DNA of 63,769 nt from a virus (taxonomy: Duplodnaviria > Caudoviricetes): the IMG/VR virus record IMGVR_UViG_3300027819_000012, positions 1 to 63,769 of that record. One strand, 5' to 3'. The position numbers and the translations under genes were made by a program. Below are positions 47,141-56,501 of this stretch, piece after piece (within the stretch, counting starts at the first letter, position 1; each line of letters begins with the position of its first letter). Below the pieces are notes generated by a model that did not search any database, was not told the origin of the DNA, and saw nothing but the letters and a program-made list of their open reading frames with translations.

Positions 47141-49625
47141 CACGGATACCCTCGACACCGCGTCCTTCCAACCCGACACGATCTTTAACCAACCGCAACC
47201 CCTTCGCCTGTAATCTCCTCCCCAAGCTCTTCGCGCTGGAGATGAATCGCAGCTCGCCCCGCGCCCGGGCAAAGTTCTCCCAGCTCGCCCAGAGATTCGC
47301 ATTCGATTCCACGTAGTCCCCGAGCTCGCAGCACTCATCCAGCCACTCGGACAGAAGATCCATGTCGCTGCGGTACGCCTCGCGCGCTGCGCGCACTTCC
47401 GGTGGAGGCCTCAATCCGTCGCGCTGGTAGGCGAGGGCTCCGCGCACGCACCAGGCGAGGATCCCTGGCGCCTCCGCGGCCAGCTTCGCCGCCCGATCCG
47501 CGTCCTTCACTACGGCCAGGTCGGTGTCGAAGTTCCGGGTGAAAGGCACAGGCAGCAGGCGCCTCCAGATCGCGTGGTCGTCACCCTTCACGATCGGCCG
47601 GTGATTCGTAGGCATGAACGCAACCCACGTCGGCGCCACTTCCACCGTGCTCCTCGAGTACAAGCCCCGCGCCGGCATCGCCTCACCGCCCGTCATGGAC
47701 TTGATTAGGCCTTCTCGCAACTCCGATCCTTCTTCAGGCTCAGCGATGTACACCATGCGCGCCCCGCGCAGCCGCAACACGTCTTCGCGCGCCTGGCCGG
47801 CGCTTACCGGCGCACCGCTCACGAGAAAGGTTTCAGCACTGGCCATCTTGGCGTGCGCCCCAAGGGCTTCTCTCACAGCCCCCAGCACCGTGCTCTTGCC
47901 GTTGGAGCCCGCGCCGTAGGGAATGATCAGTACATCCTCCTTGGGGTCGGCGAGCAACATGTAGCCGGCCAACCGCTGGAAGAAGGCCACCATCTCGGCA
48001 TCCTCAAAGAACACGTCAGCGACTGTCTGTTCGAAGAGTGGCGCACGGGCGGTGGGGTCGTAGCCAACCTCGGTGATCGTTGTGATGCGGTGCTCCTGTG
48101 CTGGTGCCAAGAGCCGCCCAGTGCGCAGATCGACGGCACCGTTGGCGACGCCCAGCAGATGGGCGCGCGCGTCAAGCTCGGTCACAGGGACTACGACGCG
48201 CGGGTCGGACTGCGCAAGGCGGATCGTGTTGCCGACCATGCGCGCCTGTTGACTCACGGCGCAGAACTTGAAGTGGATCGCTCGATCGCTATCGTCGAGC
48301 CCCTGCAATTCGTCGGGCAGCGCGCGTATCGTTTCCTTTGCCAAATGCTCAATCTCAACTCCGGCCGCGCGGCGCCAGTAGACCCCGGTCCAGTTGAACC
48401 AGCTATCTAATTCAGGCACGTACATTAGCCCGCCGCCGTAGTGATCGAGCATCCGCTCGGCGTTGCCAAATTCGGTCCGTGCGCGCCTTGTGATCTTTGC
48501 GAGCTTTCGAGCGCTCATCGCCGCGCGCACGTCAGCGACCGGGAGCGAGGTCCCGGTCAGGGCTTTGAAACGCTCGCGCAGGAGGCCGGCGAGCTCGGCC
48601 TTGATGGCGATGTCGTTGCCGGCCGCGACGCCTGCCCGGTGCGCCACATCGGCTAGCAGATCGATCGAGTCGCTGCATGCGGCGATCGCCGTGCGCGCCT
48701 CATCCAGGGCCCCCCGCAGCTCGGCGCGGCTATTCAGTTTGGAAACTTTGAGCAACCACCTGGCTGTCACACCGGTAGGCTTGAACCCGCTCCAGCGCGT
48801 CTCGAGCGACTCACGGCCCGTGTAGTTCGCTGCGGTGCTGCTCCACTCGTCCCACAGATCCAGCGCTTCGATGCCGCCTTCGTACTCGTGGTGCAGCGCC
48901 ATGCCGACCTTGAGCCAGGTGTCGTAGTCCTCGTTGTCGACGTGGCCGAGCAGGCGCTTCGCATCCTCGACTGGGAGCCCTATGGGTGGTGAGTGCGCCA
49001 TAAGCGGGTCATCGTCGGGCGCGCTTGTCACGCGTCCGGGGCGGCTCGCGCCGGTCCGGGTGAGCCCGGCCGCCAGGGCCATATCCTCGAACGCGGCCAG
49101 CGCCTCGGCGACTTGCGCCTCGGTGATCACCGGCAGCTCGTCGGCGCGCACGGCCGCGAGACCTCCGAGCAAGTCCGTCCACTCGTAGGAGCGTTGCGTG
49201 TCGGGATGCACGGCGTACGCGACGAACTGCTGTCCGCGGCCCAGCACCTCCAGGCGGTGGCGCCCCTCGAACCAGGCGCCGGTAGCCTTGCCCCAACCCT
49301 CGACCGCTGCGCGATACGGCAGCAGCACTTTAGGTGCGGCGCCCACGCGCTCGCAGGTTGCGCCCAGGTGCTCGCGGCACCAGGCAGTGAAGCGCTCAGC
49401 GAGTGCCGCATTCGTTGTATCGACATCGATACCCGCGATCGGCCACGCGCCCTGGCCGCAGAGCACGCCCACACCGCATCCGGGGAAGCGCGTGAGGTCG
49501 CTTGCGCCCAGGCGTGCCGACTGCCACTGGTCCAGCGCCGGGCGTTTGTGGCCGGGTTTGATGGGGATGATCAGGTAGCCGTTCGCGAGGAGCGCGCGGC
49601 CGTGCGACTGGAACTCGCTAGTCAC
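47121..49625 (-). CDS. Primase-helicase (prim-pol + PriCT-2 + D5/SF3 helicase)
   Basis: GIDVD, QFVAYAVHP, YDTWLKVGMALH, GAGSNGKST, TNHRP motifs. Confidence 0.92.
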   Translation of the reverse strand: MTSEFQSHGRALLANGYLIIPIKPGHKRPALDQWQSARLGASDLTRFPGCGVGVLCGQGAWPIAGIDVDTTNAALAERFTAWCREHLGATCERVGAAPKVLLPYRAAVEGWGKATGAWFEGRHRLEVLGRGQQFVAYAVHPDTQRSYEWTDLLGGLAAVRADELPVITEAQVAEALAAFEDMALAAGLTRTGASRPGRVTSAPDDDPLMAHSPPIGLPVEDAKRLLGHVDNEDYDTWLKVGMALHHEYEGGIEALDLWDEWSSTAANYTGRESLETRWSGFKPTGVTARWLLKVSKLNSRAELRGALDEARTAIAACSDSIDLLADVAHRAGVAAGNDIAIKAELAGLLRERFKALTGTSLPVADVRAAMSARKLAKITRRARTEFGNAERMLDHYGGGLMYVPELDSWFNWTGVYWRRAAGVEIEHLAKETIRALPDELQGLDDSDRAIHFKFCAVSQQARMVGNTIRLAQSDPRVVVPVTELDARAHLLGVANGAVDLRTGRLLAPAQEHRITTITEVGYDPTARAPLFEQTVADVFFEDAEMVAFFQRLAGYMLLADPKEDVLIIPYGAGSNGKSTVLGAVREALGAHAKMASAETFLVSGAPVSAGQAREDVLRLRGARMVYIAEPEEGSELREGLIKSMTGGEAMPARGLYSRSTVEVAPTWVAFMPTNHRPIVKGDDHAIWRRLLPVPFTRNFDTDLAVVKDADRAAKLAAEAPGILAWCVRGALAYQRDGLRPPPEVRAAREAYRSDMDLLSEWLDECCELGDYVESNANLWASWENFARARGELRFISSAKSLGRRLQAKGLRLVKDRVGLEGRGVEGIRVKLQQL

Positions 49626-50607
49626 ACTGCGCCTCCTCGCCAAGCAGCGCGGCCAGGAGCCGCTCCTCCAGGCGCTGCAGGTTGAGCATCGCCTGCCGCC
49701 AGTACGAGGCCTTGAGCTCGAACCCCAGGCCCTTGCGGCCCGCTTCTACGGCGCAGTAGACCTCCGAGCCGATGCCCATGAACGGTGTCAGCACCGTCTC
49801 GCCCGGGTTGCTCCAGAGTTCGATGCAGCGCTCGATCACGTCAAGCTGCAGCGGGCTGATGTGCTGCTCGTCCTGCTCGTCGCGCGCGGAGCGGTATTGC
49901 AGCGTGCGCGTCTGCCGGATGTCGGTCCACACGGGCGAGGCGTAGCGCTGCCAGGTCATGATCGATACCCACTGGCGGAACGGCCAGGGCGTCTTGCCCA
50001 GAGCGGCCAGCTCCGCGGCTTGCCGGTCGTAGGCTTCACGCGACACGTCTACGGCATCACCCACGTAGCGTTCAAGCTCCCCCGCGATGGCGATCTCGTT
50101 CTCGCCGGGCTTGCGGAATACCTCAATGTAATCGGCCACGCCCTGCCCGCTCAAGGCTGAGTCCTTGACGAGCTGTTTGTGCAGGAGGCGGATCGACTTG
50201 GTGCGCTGCTGCGCGACGACGGGGTCTTTCCAGATGCACACCTCGGAATGGAACAGCCAGCCCGCGGCTTGGTAGGCACGGATCACGTCGCCGCGGAAAT
50301 CTCGAATGCCGATAAAGCCCTCCCGGGACTTCGTGGCCGGGAGCTGCATCACGTGCACAGCGTGCAGGCGTCCGGGCATCGCCACGCGCAGCAGCTCGCG
50401 GATCAGGAAGGCGTAGTGTTCCCAGAAGGTGCCGCCTTCATTGTTGCTGATGTCTCGCGGCGAGTTGGTGAACTTGTACAGGCCCTCGAAGGGCGGCGAG
50501 TGGATGCCGAAGTGGACGGTATTGTCGGGAATGGCGCGCACCAGCTCGCAGGCGTCGCCGTGGTAGATCGCGTAGTCGTGCGTGACGACTTGGTCTATAG
50601 CCAGCAT
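49618..50607 (-). CDS. DNA methyltransferase, N4/N6 (beta class)
   Basis: HSPPF motif IV near N-terminus; VLTPFMGIGS motif I near C-terminus. Confidence 0.9.
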   Translation of the reverse strand: MLAIDQVVTHDYAIYHGDACELVRAIPDNTVHFGIHSPPFEGLYKFTNSPRDISNNEGGTFWEHYAFLIRELLRVAMPGRLHAVHVMQLPATKSREGFIGIRDFRGDVIRAYQAAGWLFHSEVCIWKDPVVAQQRTKSIRLLHKQLVKDSALSGQGVADYIEVFRKPGENEIAIAGELERYVGDAVDVSREAYDRQAAELAALGKTPWPFRQWVSIMTWQRYASPVWTDIRQTRTLQYRSARDEQDEQHISPLQLDVIERCIELWSNPGETVLTPFMGIGSEVYCAVEAGRKGLGFELKASYWRQAMLNLQRLEERLLAALLGEEAQCD

Positions 50608-51968
50608 GGCAAGCTCACAGGAATGGTGGGGGTATAGGGGTCTTCCTCGTGCACGGCGCCGTGCACAAGCTCGCTGGACAGGTCGGCCATGTTCGCCACC
50701 ATGGCCGCGGCCATGCGCTCGGCGTCGGCTTCTTTGCGGCGCAGATTCTCGAGCACGGCACCCTCCGTAGAGGCGGCGACGAAGTGCACGTTCACGGGGC
50801 GCGTCTGCCCGAAGCGCCAGAATCGGCGGGTCGCTTGATAAACCTGTTCGAACGAATCATTGAGACCTACGAAGCCCGTATCGGCGCAGTGCTGCCAGTT
50901 CATCCCGAAGCCGCAGATGGTGGGCTTTGTCACAAGCACGCGGATGTCGCCGGCTGCGAAGGCCCTAAGCTTGGCTTCCTTGTCCTCTTCCCTGTCCGAG
51001 CCGCGCACTTCGACGGCCCCCGGGATGCCTGCCGCGAGCGCGTCGCTCTCGGCGTTGAGATTGCACCACCAGACGAAGGGCCGATCGGCCGGCGTCAGTT
51101 CCACGGCTTTCTCGACACGCTGGGCGATGCTCTCCCGCCGCGCTGCCAGGCGCTCGGAAAGGGTTTGCGCGATCGGCCCGGACACCGGGATGACGTGTTC
51201 GGTCTGATCCAACGGGGGCAGTATGTAGCCGTTGTCGTCGTAGCCCAGGTCCGAGGGCCGGCGTAGTAGTACCGACCAAGAACACATCCAGCGCCAGAAG
51301 TCGGCCTCGGCGTGACCTTTGAGTCGCCACTTGCTCGTTGTATCCGCACTGTCGTGCGCGAAGAACACCGACTGCATGCCTGTGAAGCTCATCACGCCCA
51401 GGAACTCGGCGTGGTTGCCCAGCTCGGCGAAGTCATTGGGCGCGGGCGTTGCTGTAGCCGCGAGCCGGTACGGCACGTCAGCGCAGCGCTCGATGAGCGT
51501 GGTGCGCGTCTTGCCGTCGAACGCCTTGAGAATGGAACTTTCATCCAGGATGACGCCAGCGAACTGCGAGAGATCGAAGTGATGCAACTTCGCGTAGTTG
51601 GTGACGGTGACGCCGGACTCGACTTCCGACTGCGTCGCGCACTGCTTGGCCGCCAGGCCCCATTTCTTTCCTTCAGCCACGATCTGTCCGGCTACGGCAA
51701 GGGGCGTCAGGAGCAGAACATCGCCTGCTGTCTCGCGATGCACGGCCTGCCCCCATGCGAGTTCGATGAAGGACTTGCCCATGCCTGTTTGCGCGAACAC
51801 CGCCGCGCGGCCACGACGCAGGGCCCAGCGCACGATGTCGCGCTGGAACGGGAAAAGCTGCGCCGGCAGATCGGGGCAATCGGCCAGGCCGGTAGGCGGG
51901 TCAAGGCGCGCCTTGTTGACGAGGAAATCGGCGTAAGCGGTGCCGGACGACGACAATTGAAGGGGCAT
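50595..51968 (-). CDS. SNF2-like helicase coupled to methyltransferase
   Basis: TGMGKS, DESS, TATPAPND and RFWRFGQ motifs. Confidence 0.88.
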   Translation of the reverse strand: MPLQLSSSGTAYADFLVNKARLDPPTGLADCPDLPAQLFPFQRDIVRWALRRGRAAVFAQTGMGKSFIELAWGQAVHRETAGDVLLLTPLAVAGQIVAEGKKWGLAAKQCATQSEVESGVTVTNYAKLHHFDLSQFAGVILDESSILKAFDGKTRTTLIERCADVPYRLAATATPAPNDFAELGNHAEFLGVMSFTGMQSVFFAHDSADTTSKWRLKGHAEADFWRWMCSWSVLLRRPSDLGYDDNGYILPPLDQTEHVIPVSGPIAQTLSERLAARRESIAQRVEKAVELTPADRPFVWWCNLNAESDALAAGIPGAVEVRGSDREEDKEAKLRAFAAGDIRVLVTKPTICGFGMNWQHCADTGFVGLNDSFEQVYQATRRFWRFGQTRPVNVHFVAASTEGAVLENLRRKEADAERMAAAMVANMADLSSELVHGAVHEEDPYTPTIPVSLPCWL

Positions 51969-52265
51969 TTACCGCCCCTTGCCCTGATCTTCCCTCATCT
52001 TCCCCGCGATGCCCTCGCCAATCCCTGGCGCTCCCTTGAGTGCCGCGGACTGCCGCGGAGCGCCCTCGCCAATCCCTGGCGCTCCCTCGGCGCGCAGCAA
52101 ATTATCAAGTAGCTTGGCGGCATGGATACGTTCCTTCGCCTTCTCATGCAGCCACTCGCGGGCAATCTCGGCTTTGTCGCGCCCGGTACTTCGGGCTTCG
52201 GCCTCGATAACGCAGTCGGCCTCAACGGTGATTTTGCAGCGGAAGTCCTTCAGCTCGGCGCTCAT
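51969..52265 (-). CDS. Hypothetical regulator (CII position, RHH-like)
   Basis: 98 aa after cro; internal GAPGIGEG duplication. Confidence 0.6.
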   Translation of the reverse strand: MSAELKDFRCKITVEADCVIEAEARSTGRDKAEIAREWLHEKAKERIHAAKLLDNLLRAEGAPGIGEGAPRQSAALKGAPGIGEGIAGKMREDQGKGR

Positions 52266-52501
52266 TGGGCTTCACCCTCCTTCACCAACGTCATCACTGT
52301 GACCACGGGGATGCGGGAGGGATTTGCTTTGTGGAGCGCCCGCGTGCTGCGCTCGATTCCAGCAGCAAGCGCTGCGCCAGGATTCTTCCGATGGCCACCG
52401 GCCAACTGGTATAGATACGCGACGGAGGTGCCAGCTTCGGACGCGACTAGCTCGCGCTCGGCGTTCGTTGCGACGCGCAGGAACTTCTGAAGGGTTTTCA
52501 T
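52262..52501 (-). CDS. cro: Cro-like HTH protein
   Basis: VASEAGTSVAYLYQLAGGHR HTH; divergent from the repressor. Confidence 0.8.
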   Translation of the reverse strand: MKTLQKFLRVATNAERELVASEAGTSVAYLYQLAGGHRKNPGAALAAGIERSTRALHKANPSRIPVVTVMTLVKEGEAQ

Positions 52502-52513
52502 GATCGGGCCTGT

Positions 52514-52584
52514 TTTGCAAACGCTACATAAGTTAGCGGTTGCAAAGTTTTCAGTCAACAAGATTTTTACTTAGCTATTGATAA
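52514..52584. promoter_or_regulatory. Operator region 1: leftward promoter and three 14-bp operators
   Basis: Minus strand TTGACT-N17-TAACTT (52558-52530); operators at 52514, 52533 and 52571. Confidence 0.8.
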
Positions 52585-52613
52585 CCATGCATACCCAATC
52601 TAACCTTGCACCT

Positions 52614-53078
52614 ATGAGCGAAGTAAAAAACCCCTCCGCGCGGCAGCTTACGCGCCTTGCGAACCTGCGCCGCCTCATTTCAGAAAGCGGCGCTACGAAG
52701 GATTTTGTGCAGCGCACTGGTGGCCGATGGACCGCCAGTTACATCTCTCAAATCGCGGGGCCGAATCCAACCAGGGCGATTTCAGAAAAGACCGCCCGAG
52801 AGATTGAGACGGCGCTAAAGCTGCCAGAGGGCTGGCTCGACCAGGTTGGCGCACTACCCCCGGGACCACCCCAGCGCCAGGTTGATGCGGCGCTGCTCAC
52901 TGCTTCGATGCAAGTGGTGGCCGAACTCGCGGGGGAATTCGAGAACGACGCGTTCAACCCCGGACGCCACGGCCGGATCGTTGCACTGGTATATGAAGAC
53001 GCACTAAGGAAGGGCGCTGTTGACGCTTCGTACGCAGAAGACTTGCTCCAAATCCAAAAGGCTCCACCACCTAAATAG
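52614..53078 (+). CDS. cI: CI-like repressor without S24 peptidase domain
   Basis: RLANLRRLI...SYISQI...ISEKTAREIETALKLPEGWLD HTH. Confidence 0.8.
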   Translation: MSEVKNPSARQLTRLANLRRLISESGATKDFVQRTGGRWTASYISQIAGPNPTRAISEKTAREIETALKLPEGWLDQVGALPPGPPQRQVDAALLTASMQVVAELAGEFENDAFNPGRHGRIVALVYEDALRKGAVDASYAEDLLQIQKAPPPK

Positions 53079-53094
53079 CGCCCCGGACGTAACC

Positions 53095-53123
53095 GAAGCC
53101 CGCTGCGTGCGGGCTTCTTTTTT
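53095..53123 (+). terminator. Rho-independent terminator after cI
   Basis: GAAGCCCGC-TGCGT-GCGGGCTTC followed by TTTTTT. Confidence 0.85.
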
Positions 53124-53133
53124 GCCCTATGAT

Positions 53134-53200
53134 TTAGCATATGCAAAAACTTCTTGACTCCTGCTTTTGCGTCTGCTAATTTTCGCTTATCAGTTGCTAA
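53134..53200 (+). promoter_or_regulatory. Operator region 2: rightward early promoter and three operators
   Basis: TTGACT-N17-TAATTT (53154-53182); operators at 53134, 53166 and 53187. Confidence 0.8.
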
Positions 53201-53222
53201 ATCTGGTTTGAGGAAAAACGCC

Positions 53223-53438
53223 ATGTTTATCGCAGCCCACGCACTTGGAAGGAGCCACCTCATGTTCCAAATCACCGACGAAGAGGGCGCTGTACAGAAG
53301 TGCACGTTCGCTGAACTCGTCGAAGCTAACTGCGATTACGAACCGCTGCTGGAATGGGCAAAAACCGCCGCCGTGGGGAATGAATTCCAGGGTGGTGGGG
53401 GCGCCGCGCCGATGTTCACGATTAGAAGGCTGTCCTAA
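53223..53438 (+). CDS. Small early hypothetical protein
   Basis: ATG 53223 or 53262, both with an RBS. Confidence 0.6.
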   Translation: MFIAAHALGRSHLMFQITDEEGAVQKCTFAELVEANCDYEPLLEWAKTAAVGNEFQGGGGAAPMFTIRRLS

Positions 53439-53440
53439 TC

Positions 53441-53806
53441 ATGTACCTATCCGCCCTGAACGACGAAGAATTGTTGCGCCACGCGTACTCAAGTCTCAAT
53501 CCCATCGTCACAACCGACTTGGAGCGCGAGCTGTTCCAGCGCCTCGAAGCTTTCGCCGATCACGCGTCTTTAATCTCGATCATCGACGAGCACGAGATCG
53601 CCGACGCTGAGGCGCTCCTCGGTGCGCTTGCCGAGGCGGACCTGCGGAAGCCCGAAGACCTCAAAGCCGCGCTCGCGCTGCTCGAAGTCCTCGCCGAAGC
53701 TGAGATCGAAAAGCCCGAAGACCTCAAAGCCGCGCTTGATCTCGCAACCAATTTCCGATCGCTCGCCGAAGACGCGGGCTATGCCCTCCCCACCGTACAG
53801 GAGTAA
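53441..53806 (+). CDS. Hypothetical protein with 21-aa duplication
   Basis: KPEDLKAAL twice; 26 identical bp at 53648 and 53711. Confidence 0.75.
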   Translation: MYLSALNDEELLRHAYSSLNPIVTTDLERELFQRLEAFADHASLISIIDEHEIADAEALLGALAEADLRKPEDLKAALALLEVLAEAEIEKPEDLKAALDLATNFRSLAEDAGYALPTVQE

Positions 53807-53810
53807 TGCC

Positions 53811-54188
53811 ATGTCCCTCGAAGTCGCTATCCAAGAAAACACCGCCGCCATCCGCGAGCTGCTCGCCGTCATCGCCAGGGGCGTGCCGACCGGAGTCGCT
53901 GCCGTAGCATCCCAGGCCACCGTGGACACCAACGGGGCCAGCAGCACGCAGGGCCTTCGTTCTCCTCCCCCTGCCGAAGCTGCCGCTCCCGCTGCCGCGA
54001 AACCCACGGCAGCGGAGAGCGCCACCTACGACGACGTGAAGAAGGCGATCCTGAAACTCTCCAGCGCCAAGGGCCGCGATCAAGTCGTTTCCGTGCTCGG
54101 CCAGTTCGGTGCGGCCAAGGGGCCGGACCTCAAGCCCGAGCAATACGCCGCTTTCGTCGCCAAAGTCAACGACGCGCTCAGGGGGTGA
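53811..54188 (+). CDS. Hypothetical early protein
   Basis: MSLEVAIQENTAAIRELL...LKPEQYAAF; AGGAG RBS. Confidence 0.8.
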   Translation: MSLEVAIQENTAAIRELLAVIARGVPTGVAAVASQATVDTNGASSTQGLRSPPPAEAAAPAAAKPTAAESATYDDVKKAILKLSSAKGRDQVVSVLGQFGAAKGPDLKPEQYAAFVAKVNDALRG

Positions 54189-54191
54189 AGC

Positions 54192-55085
54192 ATGGAAATC
54201 ACGAAGCAGCTTCTGAAGAAATGGAGCGCTTGTGCCAACGGCTACAAGTGGTTCATCGATAAATTCCCGCAGGGCGCGACCTACGGCGAGGTGAGCCAAG
54301 CACTGCGCGACGACAAGCGCTATGACGATTCACGGTGGCTGAGCAATCGTATGTTCGAGATGCTATTTGAGCAGCCCGCGCAGATCGAGCCGTTCATTAA
54401 AACGGATGTCGCCTGCGCAATGAACGATGCAGCTGAACTGTTGAAGAAGGCCGCGTCAGGGGACGACAGCCAGCTCGCCGCGTCAGGGGGCGGCAGCCAG
54501 CTCGCCGCGTCAGGGGGCGGCAGCCGGCTCGCCGCGTCAGGGGACGACAGCCGGCTCGCCGCGTCAGGGGACGGCAGCCGGCTCGCCGCGTCAGGGGCCT
54601 ACAGCCGGCTCGCCGCGTCAGGGGACGACAGCCGGCTCGCCGCGTCAGGGGGCGGCAGCCAGCTCGCCGCGTCAGGGGCCTACAGCCGGCTCGCCGCGTC
54701 AGGGGACGGCAGCCGGCTCGCCGCGTCAGGGGCCTACAGCCAGCTCGCCGCGTCAGGGGCCTACAGCCGGCTCGCCGCGTCAGGGGCCTACAGCCAGCTC
54801 GCCGCGTCAGGGGCCTACAGCCGGCTCGCCGCGTCAGGGGACGACAGCCGGCTCGCCGCGTCAGGGGCCTACAGCCGGCTCGCCGCGTCAGGCACTTGTT
54901 CGGTCGCAATGTCCGCAGGATTGGGCGGCATCGCAAGCGCTGGCAAGCATGGCGCGTTCGCACTCGCCTGGAAGGACGGCAAGCAGATACGAATCGCCGT
55001 CGGCGTCGTCGGCGAAAACGGCATCAAGCCGGACACGCTCTATCGCGTGGGCGAGACCGGCACGCTGGAAGAGGTGCCGGCATGA
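54192..55085 (+). CDS. Repeat protein (9-aa AASGxxS[Q/R]L), BPP-1 bbp36/VR2-like
   Basis: 16 full units plus a partial; C-terminal VGENGIKPDTLYRV. Confidence 0.85.
   Translation: MEITKQLLKKWSACANGYKWFIDKFPQGATYGEVSQALRDDKRYDDSRWLSNRMFEMLFEQPAQIEPFIKTDVACAMNDAAELLKKAASGDDSQLAASGGGSQLAASGGGSRLAASGDDSRLAASGDGSRLAASGAYSRLAASGDDSRLAASGGGSQLAASGAYSRLAASGDGSRLAASGAYSQLAASGAYSRLAASGAYSQLAASGAYSRLAASGDDSRLAASGAYSRLAASGTCSVAMSAGLGGIASAGKHGAFALAWKDGKQIRIAVGVVGENGIKPDTLYRVGETGTLEEVPA
54450..54893 (+). repeat. 27-bp tandem repeat x16 with variable 5-bp cassette
   Basis: GCCGCGTCAGGGG-[ACGAC/GCGGC/ACGGC/CCTAC]-AGCC[A/G]GCTC. Confidence 0.95.
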
Positions 55086-56314
55086 GCGAAGCCTCACACG
55101 CTCTCCTTTCCCCGTCAGCCGCGCATCGCTGGCTCGTCTGCCCCGGCAGCGTCGCCATGGAAGCGCCACTGCCCAACGAGTCCAGCGATTTCGCCCGTGA
55201 GGGTACGTGCGCGCACATCATCGCCGCAATGTGCCTGCGCGAGGGCGCCGCGGCTGCCGATTTCATCGGGCCCCACGAGGTCGACGGGCAACCGATCCAC
55301 TTCACGGCCGAGATGGCCGAGCCTGTGCAGTGCTACATCGACATCGTGCGTCAGTACGCCGATGGCCATGAGCTGCTGGTTGAGCAGCGCGTGCCGATCG
55401 GACACGTCACGGGCGAGACGAACGCCGAAGGTACGAGCGACGCCATCGTGGTCACGGCCGATGGCGAAGAGGTCATCGTCATCGACCTGAAGTTCGGCCG
55501 TGGCGTGCTGGTGAGCGCAGAGAACAACAAGCAGGGTCAGCTCTACGCGCTGGGCGCGCTGGAGCTGGTAATGCTCCTTGGCTATTCGCCCAAGCGCGTG
55601 CGCATCGTGATCCACCAGCCGCGCGTCAGTACAGCCCCTAGTGAATGGGATTGCACCGTCGCTGAGCTGCGGAAGTTCGCCGAGCACGCCAAGGAGCGCG
55701 CGACGCACGCGCTTAACGTGCTGCGCGGCGAGCACCCGGAGGCGGTCATCCACCATCTGCGCCCCGGCGAGGAGCAGTGCCGGTTCTGCAAAGCAAAGGC
55801 GATCTGCCCGAAGCTCGCGCAGCACGCCTTGGACACCGTGGCCGGTGACTTCGTGGACGTGTCCGATATCAAGCTAGGCGATCCGATCGGCCAGGTCGCC
55901 GCCAGCGACAACGAGCGCATCGCTACATTGCTGCCGCACCTAGACCTCATCGAAGACTGGTGCAGCGCCGTGCGCAAGCATGCGCATGCCGAGCTCCTCG
56001 CCGGCAACGAAGTGCCCGGCTACAAGCTTGTGCTTGGCAAGCGCGGCTCGCGCGCCTGGACGAGCGAGGACGAGGCCGAAGCCGCGCTCAAGTCCATGCG
56101 TCTGAAGGCGGACGAGATGTACACCTTCAAAGTGATCAGTCCGACGAGCGCCGAAAAGCTGCTCGCGAAAGAGAGCCCGCGCCGCTGGGCGAAGCTGCAA
56201 CCGCTCATTACGCAGGCTGAAGGCAAGCCGGCCGTCGCTCCGGTGAACGATCCGCGCCCCGCGCATGTCGTCGCCCCCGTGGTCGAGGACTTCGAGGACT
56301 GCGACCTTGTATAA
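55082..56314 (+). CDS. DUF2800 Cas4-like PD-(D/E)xK exonuclease
   Basis: HALLSPSAAHRWLVCPGS, EGTSDA, IDLKFG, QLYALG, CRFCKAKAIC. Confidence 0.9.
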   Translation: MSEASHALLSPSAAHRWLVCPGSVAMEAPLPNESSDFAREGTCAHIIAAMCLREGAAAADFIGPHEVDGQPIHFTAEMAEPVQCYIDIVRQYADGHELLVEQRVPIGHVTGETNAEGTSDAIVVTADGEEVIVIDLKFGRGVLVSAENNKQGQLYALGALELVMLLGYSPKRVRIVIHQPRVSTAPSEWDCTVAELRKFAEHAKERATHALNVLRGEHPEAVIHHLRPGEEQCRFCKAKAICPKLAQHALDTVAGDFVDVSDIKLGDPIGQVAASDNERIATLLPHLDLIEDWCSAVRKHAHAELLAGNEVPGYKLVLGKRGSRAWTSEDEAEAALKSMRLKADEMYTFKVISPTSAEKLLAKESPRRWAKLQPLITQAEGKPAVAPVNDPRPAHVVAPVVEDFEDCDLV

Positions 56315-56501
56315 GACCCCGCCCCTCGCCCGCGTGCTACCCCACGACGCGGCCGTGCAGCTCCAGCAGGCTGCGCAAACACCCTTCACGTCAAGCGACC
56401 CACTCGCTCGCGAGAAAGCCATCCAACGGGCCATCGATCGAGTCAGGGCCCAGCACCCCCAACGTTTCAGAAAGGACCGCCATGAAAGTAAAACTGAGTA
56501 A
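56307..56501 (+). CDS. Small hypothetical protein
   Basis: TTG overlapping previous stop; DPLAREKAIQRAIDRVR. Confidence 0.55.
   Translation: MYKTPPLARVLPHDAAVQLQQAAQTPFTSSDPLAREKAIQRAIDRVRAQHPQRFRKDRHESKTE

Noticed and set aside
49618-51968. DISARM or restriction-modification defence system
   Set aside because: No nuclease or other drm genes; the pair lies in the lytic cro operon
54450-56314. CRISPR array next to a Cas4-like gene
   Set aside because: Spacers are only 5 bp and recur, the array is in-frame coding, no cas1/cas2 is present, and DUF2800 is a normal phage replication-module nuclease
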